From assembly GCA_002505695.1 (NCBI GenBank), contig DAVU01000020.1, forward strand, positions 5,976 through 69,975: a stretch of 64,000 nucleotides of DNA, read 5' to 3'. How positions within the stretch are numbered: the stretch's first letter is position 1; every line of letters begins with the position of its first letter. This DNA comes from Euryarchaeota archaeon UBA487. Its GTDB lineage: Archaea; Thermoplasmatota; Poseidoniia; Poseidoniales; Thalassarchaeaceae. The notes beneath the pieces were generated by a model, which made no database searches, was not told the DNA's origin, and saw only the letters and a program-made list of their open reading frames with translations. Position numbers and translations under genes: made by a program. Below, one piece after another: positions 1 to 9,822 of the stretch.

Positions 1-637
1 CGACCATGTTAGCTATGGCGAATGGGATGGCGACCTGATAGTTGATTGATGCAGCAATTGCAAAGATCGCAATTGAACCTACATTGCCTCCGAAATTAAG
101 AATCCTGGCTGTTGCTGCTGCTCTATCCATTCCAAAACCAGCGCCTTTGATGTAGCCCACCATCAGCATACTACCCGTTCCTGGGCCAAGAAAGCCCTCA
201 TAGAAACCAAGGCCGGTTCCCATCCCAATCGTTACTGGCATTATCCTGTCCTCAACGATCCTTTCTTCACGACCGAATTTGGGATTGAGGAGGACATACA
301 AGAACAAAATGCATAACACGGCAATGACGATACCGAGAACAGTGTCAGCACTGATGGAAAGGACGACACTGGCCCCTAACGCAGAAAATAATGCCATCAA
401 TCCCCAGCCAATTAGCCCTGCATTACCCGGTACAATCCCGCTTTGAAGATACTTCATACTGGCTACCGCAGCAGCAGCCGTCGAGGCGAATTTGTTGGTT
501 CCAATGGCTACATGTGGCGGTAATCCAATGCTCAATAGGGCCGGTAGGCGCAATAACCCCCCGCCTCCCACAGCGCTGTCAACGAATCCTGCAAAGACGC
601 CGACAGCTGTGATAAGTAGGAATGCCTCAAGTTGCAC
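1..637 (-). CDS. TauE/SafE (DUF81) family membrane protein; 3' end lies beyond the window start
   Basis: Own minus-strand translation from GTG at 637: VQLEAFLLITAVGVFAGFVDSAVGGGGLLRLPALLSIGLPPHVAIGTNKF... This is the Gly-rich motif plus multiple TM helices typical of DUF81. Absent from the ORF track because it is open at the window edge. Confidence 0.6.
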   Translation of the reverse strand, partial: MQLEAFLLITAVGVFAGFVDSAVGGGGLLRLPALLSIGLPPHVAIGTNKFASTAAAAVASMKYLQSGIVPGNAGLIGWGLMALFSALGASVVLSISADTVLGIVIAVLCILFLYVLLNPKFGREERIVEDRIMPVTIGMGTGLGFYEGFLGPGTGSMLMVGYIKGAGFGMDRAAATARILNFGGNVGSIAIFAIAASINYQVAIPFAIANMV

Positions 638-801
638 ATGAGGATCCCTTGTCAGATTGGATATGATTTTTGTTCACCACTAAAGTCAGAATATGTATTT
701 ATCCGTGATCAGGGGAAATAGGTGTTGAAACACCCGAATCGGATGCTTCGAATTGATTATCCATCAAATACTATCGACAGTCGCATGCAGCATGAACACT
801 C

Positions 802-1296
802 ATGACTGAACCAGAACCCTCGCAGTCCAACTTACAATTATCATCTGAAGCGGCTCCCAGCCAGATCACGAAAAAATTCGACCTTTGCCTCGGAATGGCC
901 TGCATCGCCCTCTTGTTTCCGACAACTTACTTTGCTTTCAACGAGGTTGAATTTTTTGCCGACCTTCTTGAATATGAAGGGGAGTCATCTGACATAATCC
1001 GATCACTCATCTATTCAGTCACAATATTTTCGACATTATTGATCGTCGGACTGTCATTCCTCGGGGCCTTAGAATCGAGGCCAAGAAAGATATTTGCAGG
1101 AGTTTTTCTGATAGTGATGTCAGGCATCTCAATCACATCTAGATTTCAAGAGTGGACGGATATAAGGCAAGAAATGGCTCGAGTGTACGACTTCAGAGAG
1201 TCTTGGGCTGATTTTTTGATAACTCCAAATCATCACATGGCGATAGAATACTACGCGCTCGTGACCATCATTGCGTTCCTGTTGATGAGAAAGTAA
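802..1296 (+). CDS. hypothetical membrane protein (about 4 TM)
   Basis: 164-aa ORF with four hydrophobic segments. No recognisable motif. Confidence 0.45.
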   Translation: MTEPEPSQSNLQLSSEAAPSQITKKFDLCLGMACIALLFPTTYFAFNEVEFFADLLEYEGESSDIIRSLIYSVTIFSTLLIVGLSFLGALESRPRKIFAGVFLIVMSGISITSRFQEWTDIRQEMARVYDFRESWADFLITPNHHMAIEYYALVTIIAFLLMRK

Positions 1297-1362
1297 TCAT
1301 TTGGCGATTTACAAAAGGCCCAGTTTCGATGGATTAACAAAAGACCGTGGAAAGACCACTAC

Positions 1363-2109
1363 ATGGGCAAAGGCCTCGAGACGAAGGCGGTGTCTGGCGT
1401 ACAGGGTACGCTTGTTCCAGAGCGTTTGGTTGGTGGACTCCCGACGATGTATTGTTTCGAGACCTGCCCATTTTGTTTCAAAGTCAAGGCGTTGCTCGGC
1501 TCAAGGGGCATTAAGTATTCAAAGGTCGAAGTTGATCCAACATTCAAGACCCAGCTGAAATGGTCCGACTGGGGCAAAGTGCCCATTTACGTGGACCAAG
1601 ACGGCACACAGGTAAATGACTCCAATCACATACTCCATTACATCGATCAGAAAAATGGCAATCTCTTTCCACGGGCGGGGGAAGACATGGATCAGGATCA
1701 TTGGATGGATTTCTCAAATAACGTGCTTGGTAAGTCCATTGTCGCGGTCATATACACTACTTACTGGAGCTCCGTTGAGGCATTAGACTACGTCACAAGA
1801 GTCGACAACTTCTCTCGTGCCAGTCGACTCATCAACAAGTGGGTCGGCGCGATAATTATGCGAATGGTCGGGAGAAGTCGGGCCAAGATGTTCGACCTCC
1901 CTCCGAGAGAGAATCTACAATACCAACTGGATGAGATGTCGAAGGGCATCGAGGGGGAATTCTTCGGAGGGCTCGAGCCGAATGGAGCCGACTTTGCTAA
2001 TTATGGTATCCTGAGGTCCATGCAGGGCTTGAATGGCTTTGACTTGGTGGAGAGGCATGCAGTGATATCAGGCTGGTATGATCAAATGCAACAGAGATCA
2101 GGCGTGTAA
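1363..2109 (+). CDS. glutaredoxin/GST-fold protein (Grx2 / PTGES2-like)
   Basis: Thioredoxin-fold active site YCFETCPFCFKVKALL, then GKVPIYVD, then a helical GST_C-like C-terminal half. Confidence 0.6.
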   Translation: MGKGLETKAVSGVQGTLVPERLVGGLPTMYCFETCPFCFKVKALLGSRGIKYSKVEVDPTFKTQLKWSDWGKVPIYVDQDGTQVNDSNHILHYIDQKNGNLFPRAGEDMDQDHWMDFSNNVLGKSIVAVIYTTYWSSVEALDYVTRVDNFSRASRLINKWVGAIIMRMVGRSRAKMFDLPPRENLQYQLDEMSKGIEGEFFGGLEPNGADFANYGILRSMQGLNGFDLVERHAVISGWYDQMQQRSGV

Positions 2110-2198
2110 ATCAAGCAATAGAGATTCTATTAATCTACAATCGAGTTATTAATAGTTTTAATTAAATAGGTTCCATCATCCGAAAAAAAACAAGGTGA

Positions 2199-3392
2199 AT
2201 GCATATGGAAATTCCCGAAGATAAGAAAAAAAGGGTTCCTGTGACAGTATTAACTGGTTTCTTGGGATCTGGAAAAACTACTCTGCTCAACCACATACTA
2301 TCAAGCACTGAGCACGAGATGAAATTCGCCATAATTGAGAACGAGTTCGGGGACATAGGGATAGATGAGAATATCATCGTGGAGAACTCTGAGGAGAGCA
2401 TTATCGAAGTCATGAACGGTTGCATTTGTTGTACTGTCAGGGGAGACCTAACGGAGTTGTTGGACAAAATGTACGACAGGGTGAAGGATTTCGATGGGGT
2501 TTTGATCGAAACGACGGGCTTGGCTGACCCTGCCCCGGTTGCTCAGACATTCTTTGTGGACGAGAGAATCGTAGATAGGTACAAGCTGGATGGGATAATA
2601 ACGGTGGTTGATTCTAAGCACATTGTACAACATTTGGACGACGAGAAGCCCGATGATGTGGAGAATGAGGCGGTGGAGCAAATTGCATTCGCAGACAGAA
2701 TCCTACTGAACAAGATCGACTTGGTAGGCGAAGGAGAAATCGAAGAAGTTGTCAAGAGAATCAAAGGCATAAATGCCATTGCGCCAATTTACAAAACCGA
2801 GAATAGCCTCATTGATCCATCTGAGCTCATAGGAATTGGCTCATTTGACTTGGACAAGACGCTTGAGATGGACCCCGAGTTCTTGGATACTGATGCAGAA
2901 CATGAGCACGATCAGAACGTCACATCAATTTCTTCGAGATTCAAGGGGGAATTGAACGTGAATAAACTGGAGAGGTGGATAGGCGAACTCATGCAAACCA
3001 AGGCTGAGGATCTATTCAGATACAAAGGAGTGCTCGCTGTAAAGGGAATGGATCAGAAATTTGTGTTTCAAGGTGTACACATGCTATTTGGAGGTGACTT
3101 CAGCCATGAGATCGGGTTGTGGAAAGACGGAGAGGACAGGGAGTGTAGATTCGTGTTCATAGGCCGTGATCTCGACCATCAAGAATTGGAGGCTGGTCTA
3201 TTAGAGTGCAAGGCCGAGGAGCTTCGATTCAAGGTTGGGGACGTCGTTTATGCCAACATTGGGGAATTCACCAAAGGAAAGATACTGAAATGTTGGGACC
3301 AAGGCAATCCATATCGCGTCGAAATTCAGAATGGCGAAAGAACCAATGTCTGGGTTCCGATTGACAACGACAACTATGTTCTTCCAGCATGA
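2199..3392 (+). CDS. COG0523 / CobW-family G3E GTPase metallochaperone with extra C-terminal module
   Basis: P-loop GFLGSGKTTLLN, metal motif GCICC, ETTGLADP, NKIDL, CobW_C-like region. GGTGA 8 nt upstream of the ATG at 2205 suggests 2205 may be the true start. Confidence 0.85.
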   Translation: MHMEIPEDKKKRVPVTVLTGFLGSGKTTLLNHILSSTEHEMKFAIIENEFGDIGIDENIIVENSEESIIEVMNGCICCTVRGDLTELLDKMYDRVKDFDGVLIETTGLADPAPVAQTFFVDERIVDRYKLDGIITVVDSKHIVQHLDDEKPDDVENEAVEQIAFADRILLNKIDLVGEGEIEEVVKRIKGINAIAPIYKTENSLIDPSELIGIGSFDLDKTLEMDPEFLDTDAEHEHDQNVTSISSRFKGELNVNKLERWIGELMQTKAEDLFRYKGVLAVKGMDQKFVFQGVHMLFGGDFSHEIGLWKDGEDRECRFVFIGRDLDHQELEAGLLECKAEELRFKVGDVVYANIGEFTKGKILKCWDQGNPYRVEIQNGERTNVWVPIDNDNYVLPA

Positions 3393-3500
3393 CCTATCAG
3401 GGGAGCGTGGTCTGTTCTTTTCAGGCATTGACAGGACATGTCTCCATGTTTTGATTCCTATGACTCTTTTATGCAGATCGTGTGAGTGAGTCGGGGCCAT

Positions 3501-4040
3501 TCAACTGTCTCTTTGGAATGGTCTGGCGCATTTTGGGCATCGTGTGGGTTTTGTCACGCGCCTCCTCTCCCAAGCATGACCACAATTCCCACAGATCCAT
3601 GTCCTTTCAGGAAGGGACTCCAGGACTTTTTGCCTCATTTTTTGAAGGACCAATGAATCCTTCAATCTAGGTGCTGGGGCTATTTCGTCTACGATACGCG
3701 AATGAGTGGAGTTGTGAGATGTGATCCCTGATGCATGGAGCAGCTCATGAGCGAGAGTGTGGTTTCTCAAGGCAGCGTCGCCATTCAGATCAGGATGTAG
3801 CAGGATGGTGATCTTTCCCGGTCCCATCTTGAATCGGCGGCGGCGCTCTAGCTCGTTTAGGTCGATTTCGAATCTTGTTAGCCCTAACCTTCCTTGCCCC
3901 GGGTCTTCGTAGGTCAGGGTCAAATTCTTCTGGAGGTAGGGAAGGAATGGCGCGATCCCGGGTTCTAAATTGTCCACCAGAGATCGCCAAAGTTGTGGGG
4001 GCACGCCCTCGGGTGGTTGGTCCACGCTACCCCCATACAT
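3501..4040 (-). CDS. putative Zn metallopeptidase (SprT/WLM-like HExxH) with C-terminal zinc ribbon
   Basis: HELLHASGITSHNSTH motif, and CGNCGHAW...CPKC four-Cys ribbon at the C-terminus. Confidence 0.45.
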   Translation of the reverse strand: MYGGSVDQPPEGVPPQLWRSLVDNLEPGIAPFLPYLQKNLTLTYEDPGQGRLGLTRFEIDLNELERRRRFKMGPGKITILLHPDLNGDAALRNHTLAHELLHASGITSHNSTHSRIVDEIAPAPRLKDSLVLQKMRQKVLESLPERTWICGNCGHAWERRRVTKPTRCPKCARPFQRDS

Positions 4041-4045
4041 CCACG

Positions 4046-4055
4046 TTCCTTAAAT
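4046..4055 (+). promoter_or_regulatory. candidate TATA element for tRNA-Ala
   Basis: ttccttaaat is centred about 31 nt upstream of the mature tRNA 5' end, in the 41-nt intergenic gap. Confidence 0.3.
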
Positions 4056-4081
4056 CGACGTACTTCCGGGGTTCGCATATT

Positions 4082-4158
4082 GGGCGTGTGGCGCAGCTTG
4101 GAAGCGCGCTTCCTTGGCATGGAAGAGGCCCCGAGTTCAAATCTCGGCACGTCCACCA
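4082..4158 (+). tRNA. tRNA-Ala (anticodon GGC), CCA encoded
   Basis: Manual cloverleaf. Acceptor GGGCGTG/CACGTCC with the G3:U70 alanine identity pair. D arm GCGC-AGCTTGGAA-GCGC. Anticodon arm CTTCC-TTGGCAT-GGAAG. Variable AGGCC. T arm CCGAG-TTCAAAT-CTCGG. Discriminator A, then CCA. 77 nt, no intron. Confidence 0.9.
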
Positions 4159-4219
4159 TCACTGCCTTCCGGCGAGGTGATTTAGACTCGATATGAATGA
4201 AGATATTGCTCTAAGAGGC

Positions 4220-4327
4220 CTACTGACGTGCGGCTTTCCTAGCTGCTTTGCGTCGGCGTAGTTTCTTCTTTCTCCACTTCCACCGTTGGTTACCAGCCTT
4301 CTTCCAAGCCCGGGAGCCACGCTTCAT
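4220..4327 (-). CDS. rpl41e: ribosomal protein eL41-like small basic protein (35 aa); below the ORF-track length cutoff
   Basis: Own translation: MKRGSRAWKKAGNQRWKWRKKKLRRRKAARKAARQ*. The pattern KRxSRxWKKxGxxRWKWxKKxLRRxK matches archaeal eL41 as I remember it. A TATA-like gtatatg lies about 26 nt upstream of the ATG. Confidence 0.6.
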   Translation of the reverse strand: MKRGSRAWKKAGNQRWKWRKKKLRRRKAARKAARQ

Positions 4328-4349
4328 GGGACTCGCCGACTTGCTATCC

Positions 4350-4356
4350 GTATATG
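4350..4356 (-). promoter_or_regulatory. candidate TATA box for the eL41-like ORF (leaderless spacing)
   Basis: catatac on the minus strand is centred about 26 nt upstream of the ATG at 4327. Confidence 0.3.
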
Positions 4357-4372
4357 ACGCATTCGGAAGGGT

Positions 4373-4795
4373 TCATGTGTTCAGAAGGTCATCTACACTT
4401 GAGACACTTGCTGGGACTTCTGTCTCAGTGACATTTGGTGAGACTCCTGTCTGGACCACTATTGTCTGCGAGGGCGACTCGGGGTGATCCGTTCCGCCTC
4501 TGACAAACCTGCCGATTCTAGCAGTGACGCTTAGAAATAAGTACAGGCCAAGGACAAACCCGCCTGAAGCCGCAATCCCAAAGGAGGTCGCTTTGTATTT
4601 GATCAGTCGTAGGTCTGTCTCTTGATCGATGAAGTCCCCAATCCCTGTGAGCATCATGTAAGCGTAAAGTCCTCCTCCAAAGGCGCCGATGCAAATGCCC
4701 ATCAACATCGAGTTTTGTATGGTCCTAGGTTGTGCCATGTCATTGCCCTGAAGCACTTCACTCTTAACCCAATTCCCAATACTTAGGGGTTTCAT
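4373..4795 (-). CDS. hypothetical small membrane protein (2 TM)
   Basis: ATGA start/stop overlap with tpiA. Two hydrophobic helices (MGICIGAFGGGLYAYMML, FGIAASGGFVLGLYLFL). Confidence 0.5.
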   Translation of the reverse strand: MKPLSIGNWVKSEVLQGNDMAQPRTIQNSMLMGICIGAFGGGLYAYMMLTGIGDFIDQETDLRLIKYKATSFGIAASGGFVLGLYLFLSVTARIGRFVRGGTDHPESPSQTIVVQTGVSPNVTETEVPASVSSVDDLLNT

Positions 4796-5454
4796 ATGCT
4801 TGAAACCAAGTCATTGAGTACGGCTTTCGGATCATTAGCCTTGGTGACCCCAGAAGCAAGAAGTACCCCTGAGGCCCCTAGTTCCAGAGCCGCTGCAACA
4901 TCAGCCCCGTTCTTCACACCCGCCCCGCATAGAACTTCTATTCCAGAGTCGATTTTCTTCACTATCTCAACGGAGTCTGAAACGATGGATGGGTCTGCTG
5001 TTGTCACCGAGATGTCCCCTCCAATAAGTTCAGGGGGCTCAACGGCGATCATCGGGGGGGCGAGGTGGGCCAATGCCTCTGCTTCTCTGGGGTCTGCTGC
5101 ACATGCGCACAATTCGAAGCCTAGTGGTAAGATGGCGAGTAGTTCGTCGATCTGTCCAAGGGGGACTTTCCTCTCTGCATGATTGGCAAGTGTGCCAGTT
5201 GCGCCCCTTTCGATCGCAGTGCTTGGCAGAATTCGTCCTGTATTCGAGCCATGGCCCACGGGATCCAGATGTTGCGCCCAGACCTCTAAATCAGGTGCTA
5301 CGGATGCTACAGGCCCGATATCCAAAGCAGATGCTGCCATGACCAACCTTGCGCTGGTATCGATCGATTGCATCTGAACGGCCAGAGCCTCAGCGGCTAT
5401 CCCTGATGCGCTAGAATAAGTCTTGCAGTTAATCACTATCAAGGGTGCGCCCAT
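4792..5454 (-). CDS. tpiA: triosephosphate isomerase, archaeal type
   Basis: PLIVINCKTY (catalytic Lys), LANHAERK (His), VEPPELIGG (Glu). The ~220-aa length is typical of archaeal TIM. Confidence 0.9.
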   Translation of the reverse strand: MGAPLIVINCKTYSSASGIAAEALAVQMQSIDTSARLVMAASALDIGPVASVAPDLEVWAQHLDPVGHGSNTGRILPSTAIERGATGTLANHAERKVPLGQIDELLAILPLGFELCACAADPREAEALAHLAPPMIAVEPPELIGGDISVTTADPSIVSDSVEIVKKIDSGIEVLCGAGVKNGADVAAALELGASGVLLASGVTKANDPKAVLNDLVSSI

Positions 5455-5502
5455 GGGATGTGGTCTCGATGCCCACTTTTCTTGCTGTCGCCTTATTATT
5501 CA

Positions 5503-6462
5503 CTAATATTGCTGATTGAAACCAATGACCTTATCCACGATATGAGAGTTTGCGGGAATAGTCGAACCCCTGCCGATTAAGCAGTTATCCAGGTGGACGT
5601 TCTCACCTATCCGAGCACCATCCAGAATTGCGGACCGGTTCACTCGTATCCCATCACCTAATTTGCACTCCATCCCCACTGCGCTGTTTTCTATCCCTTT
5701 CTTGCTCATTTTTGGATCGGCGTACCAAGACGTTCCAACAATGCCCCCGGTGTTGAATGAATTATCCTCTATCGCAGCCACCATCGCCTCAAGGTAGCTT
5801 GTCGGAGTTCCAGCATCGATGAACCTCCCGGAGTAACGGTACCCCCCCATTCTTCCTGACTCTGCGACGCCTGGGAAAACATCTCGCTCCATCGAGTGAT
5901 GCTCCGTGCTGAGGCCTTGCATCACCGATCTCTCAACGATGTAGCAACCTGCGTTGATCAAGTTGGAGTATGCCTCGTCCAAACTTGGCTTTTCTTGAAA
6001 TCTCCTGATGCGGCCTTTATTGTGATCGAAATCAGCGACTCCAAATCGGGTTGGGTCCTCAACTGGCCACAGCGAAATTGAGATCAATGCATTAGATTTC
6101 ACATGGTGAGACAGCATGTCTTCGACGTCCACAGTAGTGATTAAATCCCCATTCATCACTATAGCTCTGGGGCCCCGGATATGTTCTCTACAGTTGGCGA
6201 CAGCCCCGCCTGTTCCAAGAGGTTGGTCTTCTTCTACGACTATGACTTCAAAACCGGCGTCGAAATTGTCGAAATAAGCCCTCATTTGGTTGACCCCGTA
6301 ACCTGAGGCGATAATCACCCTCTGGATTGTGTTTCGGGGCAATATGCGTATTGTGTGCTCAATCAAGGTCATGTCTAGTAGAGGGATGAGTGGCTTTGGA
6401 ACTGTATCCGTCCACGGTCTAAGCCTTGTTCCAAAGCCGCCCGCTAGAATGACTGCATCCAT
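5503..6462 (-). CDS. sugar-1-phosphate nucleotidyltransferase (NDP-sugar pyrophosphorylase) with C-terminal left-handed beta-helix
   Basis: MDAVILAGGFGTRLRPWTDTVPKPLIPL signature, and hexapeptide-like C-terminus (GDGIRVNRSAILDGARIGENVHLDNCLIG). Confidence 0.8.
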   Translation of the reverse strand: MDAVILAGGFGTRLRPWTDTVPKPLIPLLDMTLIEHTIRILPRNTIQRVIIASGYGVNQMRAYFDNFDAGFEVIVVEEDQPLGTGGAVANCREHIRGPRAIVMNGDLITTVDVEDMLSHHVKSNALISISLWPVEDPTRFGVADFDHNKGRIRRFQEKPSLDEAYSNLINAGCYIVERSVMQGLSTEHHSMERDVFPGVAESGRMGGYRYSGRFIDAGTPTSYLEAMVAAIEDNSFNTGGIVGTSWYADPKMSKKGIENSAVGMECKLGDGIRVNRSAILDGARIGENVHLDNCLIGRGSTIPANSHIVDKVIGFNQQY

Positions 6463-6558
6463 GTTGATCCCTGATCGACCTAGACATTATCATTACCTGT
6501 TCAGGTCAACGTAAGCGAACCGTTCAAGGGTGGCTAGCGAGACGGCGGGTTGAGAGAC

Positions 6559-7767
6559 ATGAACATACACGAGTACCAGGCCAAGCAGATGTTCAGGGAC
6601 GCCGGCGTATCGGTGTTGGATGGGCTGCATTGCAGAAATGTTGGAGAAGCGATAGATGCATATCGAAAACTCGGAGCTGGAGTTGTAGCCGTGAAAAGTC
6701 AAATACATGCAGGAGGGCGCGGGAAAGGAACCTTGCTTGATCCGAAAACCAGGAAAGTCATCATGGAGGGAGGGGTAAAAATCGCATTCTCAGAGGATGA
6801 GGTTAGGGATTACTCAGACCGAATTTTAGGCAACTTGCTGATAACCAAACAGACGGGAGAAAGCGGCAAGTTGGTGACCAACTTGTATGTAGAATCTGGA
6901 TGTGACATTGCTCATGAGTACTACCTCGCTATGCTAGTGGACAGGGACTCCAATTCCCTGTTGGTTATGGCCTCTAGGGAAGGCGGCATGGACATCGAGG
7001 AAGTCGCTGAGACAAACCCGGACTCCATTCACAAGATCACTAGCAGTGGCAAATCGGGATTCGATAGAGACTCCTGCGTGGACCTTGGAAGCAGATTAGG
7101 ATTGATCGGCCCTGCGCTCGAGAAATTCACAGACATGGTCTCAAAATTGGGGTCTATGTTCATCGAATCTGACTGCAGCATGATCGAGATAAACCCCCTA
7201 GTGGAGACTTCTGATCAGGATATTATCGCTCTAGATGCTAAGGTCTCTTTTGATGAGAACGCCTCATTCAGACACCCAGAGTGGGATGATCTGCGCGACT
7301 ACGGGGAAGAGGAGGAGATAGAGCTCAGAGCGAAGAAAACGGGTCTTTCATACGTCAAACTAGATGGTGACATAGGTTGCATGGTCAACGGGGCGGGGCT
7401 CGCGATGGCCACTATGGACGTCATCAAGCTCTATGGTGGCGAGCCGGCAAACTTCTTGGATGTAGGGGGCGGTGCTGATGAAAATCAAGTCACAACAGCA
7501 TTCAGCATAATTCTAGAGGATCCAAACGTCAAGGGCATACTGGTGAATATTTTCGGAGGCATAATGAGGTGCGATATCATCGCAAAGGGAGTGATCTCGG
7601 CAGTCTCCAAACTTGGCTTGGAAAGACCCCTTGTTGTAAGGCTCGCCGGCACCAATGTCGAGGAGGGCAAAGCCATTCTCTCAGAAAGCGGGCTAAACAT
7701 TCATGCAGCAGACTCACTCGCTGATGGTGCGGAAAAAATCGTGAAATTGGTAAAGGAGGGAGCATGA
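6559..7767 (+). CDS. sucC: succinyl-CoA synthetase beta subunit
   Basis: [13 protein letters not shown]-terminus, ATP-grasp region, and GGIMRCD near the C-terminus. The track ORF starts at TTG 6550, but ATG 6559 gives the canonical N-terminus. Confidence 0.93.
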   Translation: MNIHEYQAKQMFRDAGVSVLDGLHCRNVGEAIDAYRKLGAGVVAVKSQIHAGGRGKGTLLDPKTRKVIMEGGVKIAFSEDEVRDYSDRILGNLLITKQTGESGKLVTNLYVESGCDIAHEYYLAMLVDRDSNSLLVMASREGGMDIEEVAETNPDSIHKITSSGKSGFDRDSCVDLGSRLGLIGPALEKFTDMVSKLGSMFIESDCSMIEINPLVETSDQDIIALDAKVSFDENASFRHPEWDDLRDYGEEEEIELRAKKTGLSYVKLDGDIGCMVNGAGLAMATMDVIKLYGGEPANFLDVGGGADENQVTTAFSIILEDPNVKGILVNIFGGIMRCDIIAKGVISAVSKLGLERPLVVRLAGTNVEEGKAILSESGLNIHAADSLADGAEKIVKLVKEGA

Positions 7768-8696
7768 TGTCAATCTGGGTCGGAGAAAATGCAAGGGTAC
7801 TGATTCAAGGGATTACTGGGAACCAAGGTCGTTTTCATGGCGCAAAAATGGTGGAGTATGGGACTGAAATAGTCGGTGGCGTCACACCAGGAAAGGGTGG
7901 CTCGACCGTCAAGCTGCACAATCGTGATCTTCCCGTATACAATAGCATGAATGAAGCAATCATATCAACTGACGCGGAAGTGAGTGTGATCTACGTGCCA
8001 CCGCCATATGCAGCCGCAGCGATAAAAGAGGCAGCGAAATCATTCCATGACGTGAGAGGTGAGGGGTTGATTGTCTGCATAACGGAGGGAATCCCCATCC
8101 TAGACATGATTGATGTCGTATCAGATCTAGGGCAGTACCCAAATGTCAGATTAATCGGCCCAAATTGCCCGGGAATTATCACCCCAGGGGCCGAAGGGGG
8201 ATCCAAGATTGGCATAATGCCAGGCCACATCCACCAGAAAGGTCGCATCGGGATCGTCTCAAAATCCGGGACCCTGACCTATGAGGCAGTAGCTCAGACA
8301 ACCGGTATCGGAGAAGGTCAGACCACCTGCGTGGGGATTGGAGGCGACCCAATTCAAGGTACGGGTTTCATTGACTGCTTGGAGGCTTTTGAAAAGGATC
8401 CTGAAACAGAGGCCATAGTAATGATTGGGGAGATCGGAGGAACGGCCGAAGAAGAGGCTGCTGAGTGGATCAAAGCTAATGGAACCAAACCAGTTGTCGG
8501 ATTTGTCGCAGGAGCCACGGCCCCGCCCGGAAAGAGGATGGGGCACGCTGGTGCAATAATTAGCGGGGGAAAGGGTACTGCGAAAGAGAAAATAGAGGCG
8601 TTTGAATCTGCGGGCATCCATGTTGCAAACGACCCATCTGTTATCGGTGAAGTACTCAGAATCGCCTTGATAGAAGCAGGCCTAAGGGAGCCATAG
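7764..8696 (+). CDS. sucD: succinyl-CoA synthetase alpha subunit
   Basis: [24 protein letters not shown], phospho-His motif [15 protein letters not shown] overlap with sucC. Confidence 0.93.
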   Translation: MMSIWVGENARVLIQGITGNQGRFHGAKMVEYGTEIVGGVTPGKGGSTVKLHNRDLPVYNSMNEAIISTDAEVSVIYVPPPYAAAAIKEAAKSFHDVRGEGLIVCITEGIPILDMIDVVSDLGQYPNVRLIGPNCPGIITPGAEGGSKIGIMPGHIHQKGRIGIVSKSGTLTYEAVAQTTGIGEGQTTCVGIGGDPIQGTGFIDCLEAFEKDPETEAIVMIGEIGGTAEEEAAEWIKANGTKPVVGFVAGATAPPGKRMGHAGAIISGGKGTAKEKIEAFESAGIHVANDPSVIGEVLRIALIEAGLREP

Positions 8697-8751
8697 ATCC
8701 CATCCCAAAGCCTCAACACCATTAACAAAGCCTAGACTATCAGGATGTACA

Positions 8752-9759
8752 GTGTCAGTGGTTGTGGACGAGAACATCGATCGGCTACTCAAGGCCACAT
8801 CAAGATCATTTTACCTATCCCTGCAGATCCTACCTGGTCAAATAAAGGACCAAGTAGGCCTCCTGTATTTGCTTGCCAGAGTAGCAGACACTATTGCGGA
8901 CACAGGAGAGGAATCGAACCTATTGCTCTCAAGCCTCGAAAAATACAGAAAAGCGGTTTCAAATGAGTCCTCTGCATTAGATTTGAGCGACATAGCCTCA
9001 CTTCAAATAGACCCAAGTGAGTCGGATTTATTGCTATCCGTCAATGAGGTGATAGAAGCATTTGGGCGAGTTGGATCTACCGACAGAGATGTGATGTTGG
9101 AGTGTCTTCTCACCATAATTAGTGGTCAGAGGCTTGACATCGAGCGATTTGGCACGAGGGAGAGTAGTATTCTTTCACTCCAAAATGACGATGAAATGGA
9201 TGACTACACGTACAGGGTCGCTGGCTCTGTTGGAGAGTTTTGGACGCGCATGTCAATGCGCCACCTGGTTTTCCACGGACAGGATCCTGGAGAGATGTTG
9301 AAGTTGGGAATTCGGTTCGGCAAGGCTTTGCAGTTGATTAACATACTACGAGACATACCCTCCGACCTGAGTATCGGAAGGTGCTACATTCCGTCCGTGA
9401 GACTCGCTGATCTTGGCATGAATGTGAGCGATCTCAAGAGTAAACACTCCATGGAAAAATTCAGGCCTCTGTACATCGAATACCTAAATTTGGCGTGTGA
9501 GTATCTAGACTCTGCAGGAGATTACATATCACTGATTCCCAGACAACATCGCCGGCTTCGGATCTCTTGCATGCTTCCCGTCATTATTGGTTGGAGGACC
9601 ATTCGTTTGATGAGGCGGCAAAATGTTCTTGATCGTGAAGAAAACATCAAGGTAGATCGCAAACAGGTTGCTTCAATCTTGTTAAAGACCAGGTTGGCTT
9701 CCAGGTTTTCGTTCTATGAATCTAGGCTCATGAGGTCCGAGAGGGAACTGGCGCAATAG
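8752..9759 (+). CDS. squalene/phytoene synthase family protein, SQS (FDFT1)-like
   Basis: SRSFYLSLQILP...LYLLARVADTIAD (first Asp-rich region), DDYTYRVAGSVG, QLINILRDIPSDLSIGRCYIP (second region). GTG start. Confidence 0.7.
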   Translation: MSVVVDENIDRLLKATSRSFYLSLQILPGQIKDQVGLLYLLARVADTIADTGEESNLLLSSLEKYRKAVSNESSALDLSDIASLQIDPSESDLLLSVNEVIEAFGRVGSTDRDVMLECLLTIISGQRLDIERFGTRESSILSLQNDDEMDDYTYRVAGSVGEFWTRMSMRHLVFHGQDPGEMLKLGIRFGKALQLINILRDIPSDLSIGRCYIPSVRLADLGMNVSDLKSKHSMEKFRPLYIEYLNLACEYLDSAGDYISLIPRQHRRLRISCMLPVIIGWRTIRLMRRQNVLDREENIKVDRKQVASILLKTRLASRFSFYESRLMRSERELAQ

Positions 9760-9822
9760 TACCCAGCGGGCCACGTCCAAGGAACACAGAACTTCAAACG
9801 TACATTGCCCCACCAACACTCG

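Noticed and set aside
391-612. 73-aa plus-strand ORF near the window start
   Set aside because: It overlaps the minus-strand TauE/SafE-like reading frame, which has convincing TM and Gly-rich motifs.
721-734. Near-palindrome ggtgttgaaacacc in the divergent intergenic region at 638-801
   Set aside because: It is short, occurs once, and has a loop too small for an RNA hairpin. It could be a transcription-factor site, but that cannot be supported from here.
4159-4372. Possible integrated element or att site at the 3' side of tRNA-Ala
   Set aside because: There is no integrase. I could not spot a repeat of the tRNA 3' segment elsewhere in the window. The flanking genes are housekeeping (eL41-like, tpiA).
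4248-4487. 79-aa plus-strand ORF (MRRRSFFFLHF...) downstream of tRNA-Ala
   Set aside because: It is the antisense shadow of the Lys/Arg-rich eL41-like ORF. Its Phe/Leu/Arg-rich composition is what AAG/AGA codons give when read backwards..
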